From the NCBI GenBank assembly GCA_022750125.1, contig JAKIWH010000002.1:1-51977 (forward strand): a stretch of 51,977 nucleotides of DNA. Reading direction: 5' to 3'. This document shows, one piece after another, positions 1 through 8,979 of this stretch (positions are counted from its first letter, which is position 1; each line of letters begins with the position of its first letter). This stretch comes from Thermoplasmata archaeon. GTDB lineage: Archaea > Thermoplasmatota > Thermoplasmata > Lutacidiplasmatales > UBA184. The translations under genes were made by a program, and so were the position numbers. The notes under the pieces are model-generated. The model did not search any database. It was not told the DNA's origin and saw only the letters and a list, made by a program, of their open reading frames with translations.

Positions 1-50
1 CCAGGAAACGGATCTGCAGTCCGTCGCATTAACCATTCTGCCACCTTGGC
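1..50 (-). tRNA. tRNA-Cys (anticodon GCA), 5' ~50 nt only; the T arm and 3' end lie beyond the left window edge
   Basis: The reverse complement of 1-50 reads GCCAAGG-TG-GCAG-AATGGTTA-ATGC-G-ACGGA-CTGCAGA-TCCGT-TTCCTGG. This gives the acceptor 5' arm, a D arm with a G13:A22 mismatch, and a perfect 5-bp anticodon stem with loop CU-GCA-GA. It is not in the ORF track. Confidence 0.8.
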
Positions 51-75
51 GCGGCCCGAGGGTCACCCGTGCCCG

Positions 76-83
76 GATTAAAA
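76..83 (-). promoter_or_regulatory. TATA-like box upstream of tRNA-Cys
   Basis: Minus-strand TTTTAATC is an isolated AT-rich octamer in GC-rich DNA. It lies 26-33 nt upstream of the tRNA 5' end at position 50, the classical archaeal TATA spacing. Confidence 0.4.
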
Positions 84-141
84 CCCTCGGCACGTCGCGG
101 CCGCGGGCAATTCAGGGTCATCGCCGTGTCCCGCGCCGCGG

Positions 142-822
142 CTAGACGGGACGGAGCCCTCGGCCGAGACGGAGGGAGGCGTACCGGAGCGCGAGGCGGA
201 GCCGGGCCCCAGCGGCGAGCGAGTCGCCGCCGGCAACGGTCCGGTGCTCGCGGAGACTCTCGAGCAGCTCCGCTTCGGTGCTCACACCGGCCGGGAACTC
301 CGTGAACGCTCGCCCCACCTCCTCGCGGAGGTGCGCGTCGCTGCCGCCGATCGTCCCGAGACCGCGTCGCTCGGCGACCTCCGCGGCCTTCGCATTCGCC
401 GAGGGCGCGCTCCGCCCGTTCCGCGTCTCGAGACCCGTCACCGAGGCACCCTCGGCGACCGCACGGCCCACGCCGTGGACCCAGCGGAACGGATGCGCGA
501 GGAGCACGACGGCGCGGCGGTCGTCGGCCCACCGGAGGAGCTCGGCGATCGGGCTGCCCCTCGGGGGAACCTCCGACACACCGTAGACGAGGACGTGTCC
601 CTCCCGCGCCGACACCTCGACGCCCCGTAGGAGGAGGAGGCGAGCATGGACGTTCCGCACCCGGACGAACTCGGCATGTCCCTCCACCGACTGGTGGTCG
701 GTGAGCGCGAACCCCTGCAATCCGCGCTCGGCGATCGCGTTCGCGATCTCGGACACCGAGAGCGACGAGTCCGAAGAGTGGTCCGAGTGGAGATGGAGGT
801 CGATCCTGGGGCCGGCGTTCAT
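142..822 (-). CDS. PHP-domain metal-dependent phosphoesterase
   Basis: IDLHLHSDHSSDS, ALTDH, LAHPFR and GGSDAH are the His/Asp metal-binding motifs of the PHP fold. The ATG overlaps the metG stop (ATGA at 819-822). Confidence 0.8.
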   Translation of the reverse strand: MNAGPRIDLHLHSDHSSDSSLSVSEIANAIAERGLQGFALTDHQSVEGHAEFVRVRNVHARLLLLRGVEVSAREGHVLVYGVSEVPPRGSPIAELLRWADDRRAVVLLAHPFRWVHGVGRAVAEGASVTGLETRNGRSAPSANAKAAEVAERRGLGTIGGSDAHLREEVGRAFTEFPAGVSTEAELLESLREHRTVAGGDSLAAGARLRLALRYASLRLGRGLRPV

Positions 823-3110
823 CGCACCCGGGCCCCGACCCCCACCGGTTCTGCCACCTCGACCGGCTTTCCGCCCTCGAGGGCAAGGACCTCGGCAGGT
901 CCGTCTCGACCCGCCGCGAGGCGAAGTACGAGCTTCGTGCCGACGGGCCAGGAGCCGGCCACCTCAACGGTTCCCTCTCCGGTGGTGGCTCGACTCCGCT
1001 CGGGGCCGCTCGATTCCACGCGGGCGACCCGGAGCGGCCCGGCCTCGAACTCGGCGTAGCTGAGGCGTGGGAGGGGTTCGGGGCTCTTCGTCGAGCCCGC
1101 CCCGGGCTCTACGCCTTCGGCCGGCAGGAGAGGGTACACTTTCCCCTCCCACTCCGCGGCGAGGATCATCCCGTCGGAGAGCGTCGATCGGATCTTGCGG
1201 GGCTCGAGGTTCGCCAGCAGAACGACGCGGCGTCCGTCGAGCTCCTCCGGCGTCAGGTGGGGCCGGAGCCCCGCCACCACAGTCCGAGCCTCGCCCGGTC
1301 CGAGGTCGACCCCGAGCCGGTAGAGCCGGTCCGCGCCCTCGACGGCCGCGACCGACGTGATCCGCCCGGCGCGAAGCTCGAGGCGGGGAGCCGTTCGCGG
1401 AACCGCGGAGGCGGGGACACCGGGGGTCGTTCGCGGCGGCGGGGAAGTTCGGCCAGGGCTTCCCTCTGGCCGCGGGAATAGCGGAGTAACCTCACCGAGG
1501 CGGGTGCCCGGCGCGAGCGGTTCGAGCGCCCGGTCCCAGCCTCCGGACGCCAACGGGACGGCGAGCCCGAGCATCCGCTGGACCTTCTCCGAGCTCGAGG
1601 GGATGACCGGCGCTAGCCAGGTGGACGCAGCGCGGAGGAACCAGAGCCCCTCGTACAGCGCGCGAGCCCGCTCCTCGGGCGGAGCGCTCCACGGCTTCGC
1701 CTCCTGGAACCTCCGGTTCGCCTCCCGGATCTCGACGAGCGCGAGCTCGAGCGCCTGCTTGAGCCGCACGGCGTCGAACTCGGCGGTGATCTGGGCGTGG
1801 GCCGCCCGGAGGCGTCGCCCCACCTCCGAGGATTCGACGGTCCAGCCGTCGGGGGGCGCGGGTACGACCCCCGCGCACTTGTCCCGGACGAAGACGAGGA
1901 GCCGTTGGACCAGGTTGCCCCACTGGTTCGACAGCACTTCGTTCGCTATCGACTCGAATTCCGCCTCGGAGTAGTCGCTGTCGTGGTTCTGCGGGGCTCG
2001 GAGGGCCCCGTAGAACCGGATCACGTCCGCGGGCCAGCGAGCGAGGAGCGCAGGCAGCTCGAGCGGGTTCTCCGCCGAGGCGCCGGGGGACTGCGCCGGA
2101 GACTTGGAGAGCTTCCCACCGGAGAGGCGGAGCCATTCGTTCGCCGGAACGTCGTACGGAAGGGCGAGCCCCCCCCGGCCGAGCAGCATCGCGGGCCAGA
2201 ACAGTGTGTGGTGGAAGATGTTGTCCTTGCCGAGGAAGTAGTAGGGGCGGACCCCGGAACCGGGATCCCAGAACCGCCGCCACGCCTCGGGATCACCGGA
2301 GCGCTCGGCCCACTCCTTCGAGGCCGAGAGGTAGCCGATGACCGCCTCGAACCAGACGTAGAACACCTTCCCGTCGTACCCGTCGAGGGGGATCGGTATC
2401 CCCCAGGCGAGGTCCCGGGTGATCGGGGTCGGATGCAGCCCCGCGCTGCGGAAGTTCTCGGTGAAGGCACGGACGTTGTCCCGCCAGTAGCTCTTGTCGG
2501 CGAGATACCGCGCGAGCTCCGGCGCGAGCTTGTCGAGCCGCAGGTAGAAATGTTCCGAGGGGCGGAACTCGGCGGGGGTTCCGCAGAGCGAGCAGCGGGG
2601 CGACCCAAGCTCCCGGGGTTCGAGCACCCGTCCGCAGTTCGTGCACTCGTCACCGCGGGCCTGCTCGAAACCGCAGTGGGGACAGGTGCCGAGGAGATAC
2701 CGGTCGGGGAGGAATCGGTGCTCCTTCGGGCAGTACGGACTCTCGGCCGTCCGACGATCCGCGTACCCTGCCCGAAGCAGGATGAGGAAGAAATCCTGCA
2801 CCTCGCGAGCGTGGAGCGGAGTGTGCGTGCTGGTGAACAGGTCGTAGGAGAGCCCGAGCTTCTGGATCGATTCGCGGTTCACAGCGTCGTACCGGACCGC
2901 GATCGTCTCGGCGGGTACACCCTCGCGTTCGGCCCGGAAGCTCACCGGGGTCCCGTGCATGTCGGAGCCCGAGACCATCAGCACCTCGTTCCCGCGGAGG
3001 CGATGGAATCGCGCGAACTCATCGGCGGGGAGGTACGCTCCGACGAGATGGCCCAGGTGGAACGGCCCGTTCGCGTACGGCCAGGCGACGCCGATGAAGA
3101 TCCGCGACAT
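819..3110 (-). CDS. metG: Methionyl-tRNA synthetase with a C-terminal Trbp111-like tRNA-binding domain plus a further ~90-aa extension
   Basis: It has a HIGH-type motif (PYANGPFHLGHL), a KMSKS-type motif (KLSKS) and Zn knuckles (CPHCG..CTNCG, CSLCG). A Trbp111/EMAP-like domain follows (LELRAGRITSV...LLANLEPRKIRS..SDGMILAAE). The ATG at 3108-3110 was verified. Confidence 0.95.
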   Translation of the reverse strand: MSRIFIGVAWPYANGPFHLGHLVGAYLPADEFARFHRLRGNEVLMVSGSDMHGTPVSFRAEREGVPAETIAVRYDAVNRESIQKLGLSYDLFTSTHTPLHAREVQDFFLILLRAGYADRRTAESPYCPKEHRFLPDRYLLGTCPHCGFEQARGDECTNCGRVLEPRELGSPRCSLCGTPAEFRPSEHFYLRLDKLAPELARYLADKSYWRDNVRAFTENFRSAGLHPTPITRDLAWGIPIPLDGYDGKVFYVWFEAVIGYLSASKEWAERSGDPEAWRRFWDPGSGVRPYYFLGKDNIFHHTLFWPAMLLGRGGLALPYDVPANEWLRLSGGKLSKSPAQSPGASAENPLELPALLARWPADVIRFYGALRAPQNHDSDYSEAEFESIANEVLSNQWGNLVQRLLVFVRDKCAGVVPAPPDGWTVESSEVGRRLRAAHAQITAEFDAVRLKQALELALVEIREANRRFQEAKPWSAPPEERARALYEGLWFLRAASTWLAPVIPSSSEKVQRMLGLAVPLASGGWDRALEPLAPGTRLGEVTPLFPRPEGSPGRTSPPPRTTPGVPASAVPRTAPRLELRAGRITSVAAVEGADRLYRLGVDLGPGEARTVVAGLRPHLTPEELDGRRVVLLANLEPRKIRSTLSDGMILAAEWEGKVYPLLPAEGVEPGAGSTKSPEPLPRLSYAEFEAGPLRVARVESSGPERSRATTGEGTVEVAGSWPVGTKLVLRLAAGRDGPAEVLALEGGKPVEVAEPVGVGARVR

Positions 3111-3237
3111 CGAGGCCCCCGCCTATCGAGCGGGGGGCGGACTATACGGTTTGGGGAACGGACTTCCGGCCGAAGCCCGGGTTAAATCCCGGCGACCGCT
3201 CCGCACCCCCGTGGCGGAGGCCGAGGAGGGGGGCGCG

Positions 3238-4134
3238 ATGCGCCGACCGGCCGTGCCCGCCGCCGACGCTCTGATCGGTGTGCCCCGTCCCGTGCTCACC
3301 CACGGGTTCGTCACGCTCGTCGATTACATGGGGGACGACAACGCGATCGTCCAGGCGGCGCGGGTTTCGTACGGGCGCGGTACGAAATCGCTTCGAGACG
3401 ACCGGGGCCTCATACGGTACCTTCTCCGGCACCGCCACACGACCCCGTTCGAGATGGTCGAGTTCAAGTTCCTCGTTCGGCTCCCCATCTACGTCGCCCG
3501 CCAGTGGATCCGGCACCGCACCGCGTCGGTGAACGAGTACTCGGCCCGCTATTCGGTGGTCCCGGAGGAGTTCGACCTCCCCGAGCCCGATCGGATCCGG
3601 GCCCAGTCGAGCCGGAACCGGCAAGGCCGGGGCGATCCGTTACCCCCCGAGGCGGTCGCCCGTTTCCGAGGGGAGCTCGAGCGGCTCTCGACGGAGTCCT
3701 ACCGGGCGTACTCCGAGGCGCTCGCCGCGGGAGTGGCCCGCGAGACGGCGCGGCTCGTGCTCCCGCTCGCGACGTACACCCAATGGTACTGGAAGATCGA
3801 CCTGTGGAACCTCCTCCACTTCCTCTCCCTCCGCCTCGACCCGCACGCGCAGGAGGAGATTCGTAGGTACGCCTCGGAGCTCGCCTCCCTCGCGAAGCTC
3901 GTCACCCCGATCGCTTTCGAGGCGTTCGAGGAGTTCCAGCTCGAGGGGCTCTCCCTCACCCGGAGGGAGCAGGTTGCGGTCCGAGCTCTCCTTCGAGGGA
4001 CCGAGGTGAAGGAGGCGTGCCGCGAAGCTGGGCTTCCCCTCGCCAAGGAGGACGGAACGCCCATGCGCACGGGGGAGGGCGTAGAGTTCCTCGAAAAGCT
4101 CGCCCGCCTCACCGGGGAGCCGACGTCCGGCTAG
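3238..4134 (+). CDS. thyX: FAD-dependent thymidylate synthase ThyX
   Basis: RHRHTTPFEM and the ThyX signature WIRHRTASVNEYSARYS are present. The ATG at 3238 is preceded by GGAGG. The upstream part of track ORF 2959.. is antisense to metG and was trimmed. Confidence 0.93.
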   Translation: MRRPAVPAADALIGVPRPVLTHGFVTLVDYMGDDNAIVQAARVSYGRGTKSLRDDRGLIRYLLRHRHTTPFEMVEFKFLVRLPIYVARQWIRHRTASVNEYSARYSVVPEEFDLPEPDRIRAQSSRNRQGRGDPLPPEAVARFRGELERLSTESYRAYSEALAAGVARETARLVLPLATYTQWYWKIDLWNLLHFLSLRLDPHAQEEIRRYASELASLAKLVTPIAFEAFEEFQLEGLSLTRREQVAVRALLRGTEVKEACREAGLPLAKEDGTPMRTGEGVEFLEKLARLTGEPTSG

Positions 4135-4144
4135 GCCCCGGCGC

Positions 4145-4600
4145 TCACTTCCGGCGTGGGCTCGGTCCGCCTTGGGGAGCCGCAGTAGTCCCGGTCGGCA
4201 CAGGGAGGAAGAGACGGAGCTCTTTCTGGCTCCGGTAGAACTCTAGCGACGGCCGCCCCGGCTCGGGAGTGTACTTGTGGACGAGCTCCTCGAAGATGCC
4301 CGGGATCTCGTGCATCCGGTTCCCCCAATCCGGTAGGTTTCTCTGGACGTACCGTCCCGCGGGGACGCTGCCCTCCTCGAGACCGAGAGCCTTCGGATCG
4401 TCCGAAGAGATCCGTTCCACCGACGCGTAGTACACCTCCGGTATCCCGTCCGTGACGTAGACGCAGCCCCAGAACCGCCGCCCGCGCAGCGTCGAAAGCT
4501 TCGCCTCGAGCTGCCCGAACGCCTTCGTCGGCGCGCCCGGAGCAAGGTTCGTCTTGATCCAGAGGAACTGCATTGCAGGAAGGTCGACGATCGGGTCCAT
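4145..4600 (-). CDS. GyrI-like small-molecule-binding domain protein
   Basis: A ~150-aa protein with the GyrI-like pattern (VDLPAM..., ...VPAGRYV..., ...LEFY...). This is a fold-level call from pattern only. Confidence 0.55.
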   Translation of the reverse strand: MDPIVDLPAMQFLWIKTNLAPGAPTKAFGQLEAKLSTLRGRRFWGCVYVTDGIPEVYYASVERISSDDPKALGLEEGSVPAGRYVQRNLPDWGNRMHEIPGIFEELVHKYTPEPGRPSLEFYRSQKELRLFLPVPTGTTAAPQGGPSPRRK

Positions 4601-4660
4601 CGGGTCCGGGAGCGGGGCGCGGTACTTAGGGGGTGGGGCGGCGCTCGTACCTGCGAGCGG

Positions 4661-5860
4661 TCAGCAGCGGGGGAGGTCGCCGTCCTCGAGAGTGAAGCCC
4701 GGCTGCGGGCCGAACGACGGGAGGACGGGACCGAACCGGTCGGGTCGCACGGGGGCGAGTCGTTCGGCTGCTCTCGAGTCCCCAGACCCGTCGGCAAGGA
4801 GCTCGGCGAGCCGTCGAGCGGCCCCCGCGGCTCGCATCACGCCGAACCCGTTGAATCCCGCGAGGACGTAGAGCGAGCGGCGAGGATCCAAAGCGCCGAT
4901 GAGGGGTCGGCGGTCCGGGGTCGCGTCGCAAACACCGGACCACGCGGCGCTCACCTCCGAGTCTTGCCAGCGCGGCCAGCGCTGCGCGAGGGCGAAGGCG
5001 ATGTGCTCGAGGAACTCCGGAGTTCCGCCGCCGGGGACTTGATCGGGATCCACCTCGCGGAGTTCCGTCCCGTTGCCGACGAGAATGCGGGAGGCGTCCT
5101 CCGGGCGCAGGTAGACGTCGTGGTCGATGTCGTGGGCGGCCGGGAACGTTTCGGGCGGAGCTTCGAGGGGACGGATCAGCGCCGCCTGAGTGCGGTAGGG
5201 GGCGAGCGGGAGAGGATGCCCGAGCTCGGCGGCAAGACGTTTCGACCAGGCCCCTGCCGCGAGGACGAGCTGCTCGGCGCGGATCGGCCCGGAGGGGGTG
5301 TCGAGTTCCCAAACGGAGCCCGAGCGGCGAGGGAGCTTCAGGACCTGGCCGAACTCGTAACGGACCCCCAGCCTTCGGCCCTCCTCCACGTAGTCGCCGG
5401 CGAGTTCCGTGGGATTCACGCACGCGTCCTCCGAGGAGTAGAGCCCGACCGTGCGCTCATCGAACTCGGCCCAGGGGAACTTCTCGGCAAGCTCGCCGCC
5501 CCGAAGGGTCGAGGTCTCCACGCCCCAGGAACGGAAACGCTCGCGGGCCCGTTCGAGGATCGGCTCCTTTTCCGCGTCCTGCGTCCACCGAACGAATCCC
5601 GTCCGCCGGTACGCCCCTCGCCCGAGGTGCTGAGCCCGCTCGGAGTACTCCTGTTGAGTCTCGCGGGCCACTTCGACATCCCACGAGTTCCAGAGCTGCG
5701 TTGTGACGATGCCAGCGGCCCGGCCGGTGGCGCCCCCCGCCACCGTCCTCGGGTCGACCACGGCGACCGGACCGAGATGGCGGCGCGCGAGATGGAGCGC
5801 TAGGCTCACCCCTGCAAGGCCGGCGCCCAGGACGAGGACCCGGTGCTGGGACTCTACCAC
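4661..5860 (-). CDS. FAD-dependent oxidoreductase (DAO family; glycine/sarcosine/D-amino-acid oxidase-like)
   Basis: It carries an N-terminal Rossmann dinucleotide motif (RVLVLGAGLAGVSLA) and has DAO-family length and pattern. The start was moved to the GTG at 5860, because the track ORF start (6007) would overlap the xerA 3' end. Confidence 0.8.
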   Translation of the reverse strand: MVESQHRVLVLGAGLAGVSLALHLARRHLGPVAVVDPRTVAGGATGRAAGIVTTQLWNSWDVEVARETQQEYSERAQHLGRGAYRRTGFVRWTQDAEKEPILERARERFRSWGVETSTLRGGELAEKFPWAEFDERTVGLYSSEDACVNPTELAGDYVEEGRRLGVRYEFGQVLKLPRRSGSVWELDTPSGPIRAEQLVLAAGAWSKRLAAELGHPLPLAPYRTQAALIRPLEAPPETFPAAHDIDHDVYLRPEDASRILVGNGTELREVDPDQVPGGGTPEFLEHIAFALAQRWPRWQDSEVSAAWSGVCDATPDRRPLIGALDPRRSLYVLAGFNGFGVMRAAGAARRLAELLADGSGDSRAAERLAPVRPDRFGPVLPSFGPQPGFTLEDGDLPRC

Positions 5861-5918
5861 GGAGCCCCCGAAGCGGGGCGCCCTACTTCTCGCTCGCGGA
5901 GCTTTGCGTGGGGGCGCG

Positions 5919-6851
5919 CTAGAACTCGGGCTGCGCCTTGCGGTACGCTTCGCGCAGCGCCTGCGTATCCACGTGCGTATAGATCTGGGTCGTGGCGACC
6001 GACGCATGTCCGAGGAGCTTCTGGATGTACCGTATGTCGCAGCCGCGCCGGAGGAGGGCGGTCGCGAGAGTGTGGCGGAGGACGTGCGGGGTGACGTGCT
6101 GGGAGAGTCCGGCGAGCGTCGCTGCGCGGCGCACCATCCGCTCGACGGTCACGGGACTCACAGGGAAGAGTCGTGGACTCTCGATGCCCGCGAGCTTGCG
6201 GTCGGCGAGGTACCGCTCGATAGCATCCCGGGTCTTCTCCTCGATGAGCACCTCACGGTCCTTGTCCCCCTTGCCGCTCCGGACGTGGAGGATGCCCCGG
6301 TCGAACTCGATGTCCTCGAAGGTGAGGCGGCACAGCTCGCCGAGACGCAGGCCGCTGTACGCAAGCACGTGGAGTATCGCATAGTCGCGCGGCGAGGCGT
6401 GCGCCGCCTCGAACAGCCGGTGCGTCTCCTCCTCGGAGAGGTAGTGAGGTAACCGCTCCGGCCGCCGGGGCGCCTCGAGACCCCGCTCCATCGGGATGCC
6501 GAAGGTTCGGAAGAGACAGGTGAGGCCACGTACGGTCGTGTAGAGCGAGTTCTTGCTGTAGTGCCGCTGGAGCACGAGGTATTCCCGGAATCCCTCGATG
6601 TCCCGGGTGCTCACCTCGTCGAGCGGCTTTCCCACGTACCCTAGGAAGGTCCGTGCGATGTGGCCGTACTGCTTCACCGTGCACGGGCTCCGCTCCTGAC
6701 CCTGAAGGGTCCGCTGGAAACGGTCGACGAGCTCGGGCGCGGAGAAGGAGGGCTCGTCGTGATGCGGCACCCCGGCGCGGGGACCCCCCGCGCGACCGCG
6801 CGGCGCGGTCCCAACGCTCATTGGAGCGCGCTTGGCGGGGGAGGGGTTCAT
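5919..6851 (-). CDS. xerA: Tyrosine recombinase XerA (archaeal XerC/D type)
   Basis: The catalytic box HVLRHTLATALLRRG...LLGHASVATTQIYTHV supplies the R..HxxR..H..Y residues. An N-terminal core-binding domain is also present. The start could instead be the internal Met at about 6821. Confidence 0.88.
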   Translation of the reverse strand: MNPSPAKRAPMSVGTAPRGRAGGPRAGVPHHDEPSFSAPELVDRFQRTLQGQERSPCTVKQYGHIARTFLGYVGKPLDEVSTRDIEGFREYLVLQRHYSKNSLYTTVRGLTCLFRTFGIPMERGLEAPRRPERLPHYLSEEETHRLFEAAHASPRDYAILHVLAYSGLRLGELCRLTFEDIEFDRGILHVRSGKGDKDREVLIEEKTRDAIERYLADRKLAGIESPRLFPVSPVTVERMVRRAATLAGLSQHVTPHVLRHTLATALLRRGCDIRYIQKLLGHASVATTQIYTHVDTQALREAYRKAQPEF

Positions 6852-6934
6852 TAAGGCTCGCGCGCACAGGAACGTGCCGGGGCGCGAGAAGCGTCGGCAG
6901 GCGCTTTCTACCGCCGAACTCTCCGGTTCGCTCC

Positions 6935-7921
6935 GTGCGCTGCGACCGATGCGAGCTCGAGGCGGTCGTCGACCAACCGTACCGCCAGGCGCACCTCTGC
7001 AAGTCGCACTTCCTCGCTTCCGTAGAGGGGCGCGTGCGCCGGGAGCTGCACCGACAGCTCCCCGGGTTCCCGGGCGGGACGGTGGCGGTCGCGTTGTCCG
7101 GTGGCAAAGATTCGGTCGTCACGCTGGAGCTCGCGTCGCGCTACTTCTCTCGGCGACCGGGCGTGCGGCTCGTCGCGATCACCGTCGACGAGGGGATCGC
7201 GGACTACCGCACGGCCTCGCTGCGGGCCGCTGCGGCCTGCGCGGAACGGCTCGAGATCGAGCACCGGATCGTGCGATCCGAGGACGCCCTCGGCACGACC
7301 ACCGACGCCGCTGCGCTCGAGCTCCCGATGCTCGCCCCCTGCTCCTTCTGCGGCGTCTGGAGACGCCAGCTCCTCAACCAGTCGGCGCGCGACGTGGGCG
7401 CGGACGTCCTTCTCCTCGGGTTCAATCTGGACGACCTCGCGCAAACGGTGTTGATGAATCTCGCGCGGGGCGAGCTTCCGCGACTTCTCCGCATGGCGCC
7501 GCACACTCGTCGACAGCCCGGGCTGATCCCGAGGGCGGCCCCGCTCGCGGCGATCCCCGAGCGCGAAGTCTACCTCTATGCGCGCCTCGCCGCGCTCCAG
7601 TTTGATCACTCCGAGTGCCCGCACGCCACCCGAGCCGCCCGGAACGAGTTTCGGGAGGTGCTTTGGCGTCTCGAAGATGCGATCCCTGGGACTCGTCAGG
7701 CGCTGCTACGTACCCGCGAGAGATTGCTGCCGCTGCTTGAGACGGCGTACGGCGGGACACGCGCGGGGGTCTGCAGCGAGTGCGGCGAACCCGCCACCGG
7801 GACGCTGTGCCGTGCCTGCTCGTACCGGACGAGGGCACGAACGGCGACCCGACCGGCCGCGACGGCGCGGGCTCCTCGAGGTTTCGAGCATAGCCTTGAA
7901 GTAGGGGATTCGGCAGAATGA
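6935..7921 (+). CDS. PP-loop ATPase for tRNA 2-thiolation (TtuA/NcsA family)
   Basis: It has an SGGKDS PP-loop, an N-terminal Zn finger (CDRC...CKSH), Fe-S ligand-like PCSFCG and ECPH, and a C-terminal CSECG...CRAC. The GTG at 6935 was chosen because the upstream part of track ORF 6653.. is antisense to xerA. Confidence 0.8.
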   Translation: MRCDRCELEAVVDQPYRQAHLCKSHFLASVEGRVRRELHRQLPGFPGGTVAVALSGGKDSVVTLELASRYFSRRPGVRLVAITVDEGIADYRTASLRAAAACAERLEIEHRIVRSEDALGTTTDAAALELPMLAPCSFCGVWRRQLLNQSARDVGADVLLLGFNLDDLAQTVLMNLARGELPRLLRMAPHTRRQPGLIPRAAPLAAIPEREVYLYARLAALQFDHSECPHATRAARNEFREVLWRLEDAIPGTRQALLRTRERLLPLLETAYGGTRAGVCSECGEPATGTLCRACSYRTRARTATRPAATARAPRGFEHSLEVGDSAE

Positions 7922-8979
7922 GTCGCATGGCCCGACCTGCCTCGAAGTCCCGTAACCCTCTTGCCGACTTTCCCGTCGCATCCTTGGTGCTCCTGGTCGG
8001 GATCCTGGCCGTCCTCCCGGTTGGGGGTCTCCTCGTATGGGCGGGTCACAGTCCATCCATCGGTTCCGCTGCCCCTCGCGTGAGCCTTGGGGCGGCTCCT
8101 GCCTCAGCCTCTGCGCACCTCGCTTCCCCGCACGCCCCCCTTCTCTCCCCCGCGCCTAGCTGGTGGAACATCACCGGACTCTCTCTCGGGGGACCGGCGG
8201 CCAGGATCCTCGGGACCATGGCCTGGGACGCCACGGACGGTTACTCGGTCCTCTTCGGGGGATCGAGCGGCGGTGGAGTCCCGCCCATCCTCGGCGACAC
8301 GTGGTCGTTCCGGAACGGCACGTGGACCCAGCTGAGCCCTTCGCTCCACCCCTTGCCGCGCGTCTTCCAGGCGATGGCGTACGACCCACTTGACGGGTAC
8401 GTCCTCCTGTTCGGCGGGTACAACGGCTCGGCCGTCTACGGCGACACCTGGGCGTTCTCCCACGGCCAGTGGACCAACATCTCTCCGCTCAGCTCCCCCT
8501 CCGTCCGCTACGGCTCCTCGCTCACCTACGACGCCGCCGATGGGGAGATGCTGCTGTACGGGGGACTGAACGTTAGTGGCGCGCCGCTCAGCGAGACCTG
8601 GGCGTTCGCGCACGGCAGCTGGAACCAACTCTCCCCGGCCACGAACCCTGGACCGCTCATCATCCCTACGATGGTGTACGACGCCGCCGACGGCTACGTC
8701 CTCATGGAGGGCGGCTCCCACAACAACTCCGACCTCGGGGTGACCGGCGCCTGCTGGAGGTTCTCCGGAGGGGTCTGGACGCAGCTCACGCCCGCCCTGC
8801 TTCCCGCGCCCCGCCTCGCGGCCGACGCGGCGTATGACCCCGCGACCTCAACGCCGCCTTCACCGATTTCTGGCAGTTCCACGCCGGGGCGTGGAACGAG
8901 ATCTCGCCGTCGACCCCGGCGGGGGCGCGGTTCGGCTCGGCCGTCGCCTACCAGCCGCTCGCTGGCTATCTGCTCGTGA
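7918..8979 (+). CDS. Membrane-anchored Kelch-repeat protein, N-terminal part of a disrupted gene (genuine coding sequence ends near 8840)
   Basis: An N-terminal TM segment (VASLVLLVGILAVLPVGGLLVW) is followed by about 4.5 Kelch-like repeats (..YD..DGY.LLFGG....DTW.F..G.W..L.P). After ..AAYDP the frame turns into an Arg/Ser/Pro-rich tail. The ATG overlaps the stop of the upstream gene (ATGA). Confidence 0.7.
   Translation: MSRMARPASKSRNPLADFPVASLVLLVGILAVLPVGGLLVWAGHSPSIGSAAPRVSLGAAPASASAHLASPHAPLLSPAPSWWNITGLSLGGPAARILGTMAWDATDGYSVLFGGSSGGGVPPILGDTWSFRNGTWTQLSPSLHPLPRVFQAMAYDPLDGYVLLFGGYNGSAVYGDTWAFSHGQWTNISPLSSPSVRYGSSLTYDAADGEMLLYGGLNVSGAPLSETWAFAHGSWNQLSPATNPGPLIIPTMVYDAADGYVLMEGGSHNNSDLGVTGACWRFSGGVWTQLTPALLPAPRLAADAAYDPATSTPPSPISGSSTPGRGTRSRRRPRRGRGSARPSPTSRSLAICS

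Noticed and set aside
5919-6851. The tyrosine recombinase could be the integrase of a mobile element or provirus.
   Set aside because: Its size and motifs fit the chromosomal archaeal XerA. It is flanked by core metabolic and tRNA-modification genes, and no repeats, phage or plasmid genes are nearby.
7903-7912. A 10-nt match (CGAATCCCCT, minus strand) to the T-arm/3' region of tRNA-Lys lies about 1 kb from the xerA recombinase gene. This hinted at an att-like repeat.
   Set aside because: Ten nucleotides is within chance expectation for about 104 kb of two-strand GC-rich sequence. It lies inside a coding region, is inverted relative to the tRNA, and no mobile-element genes lie between the two sites.
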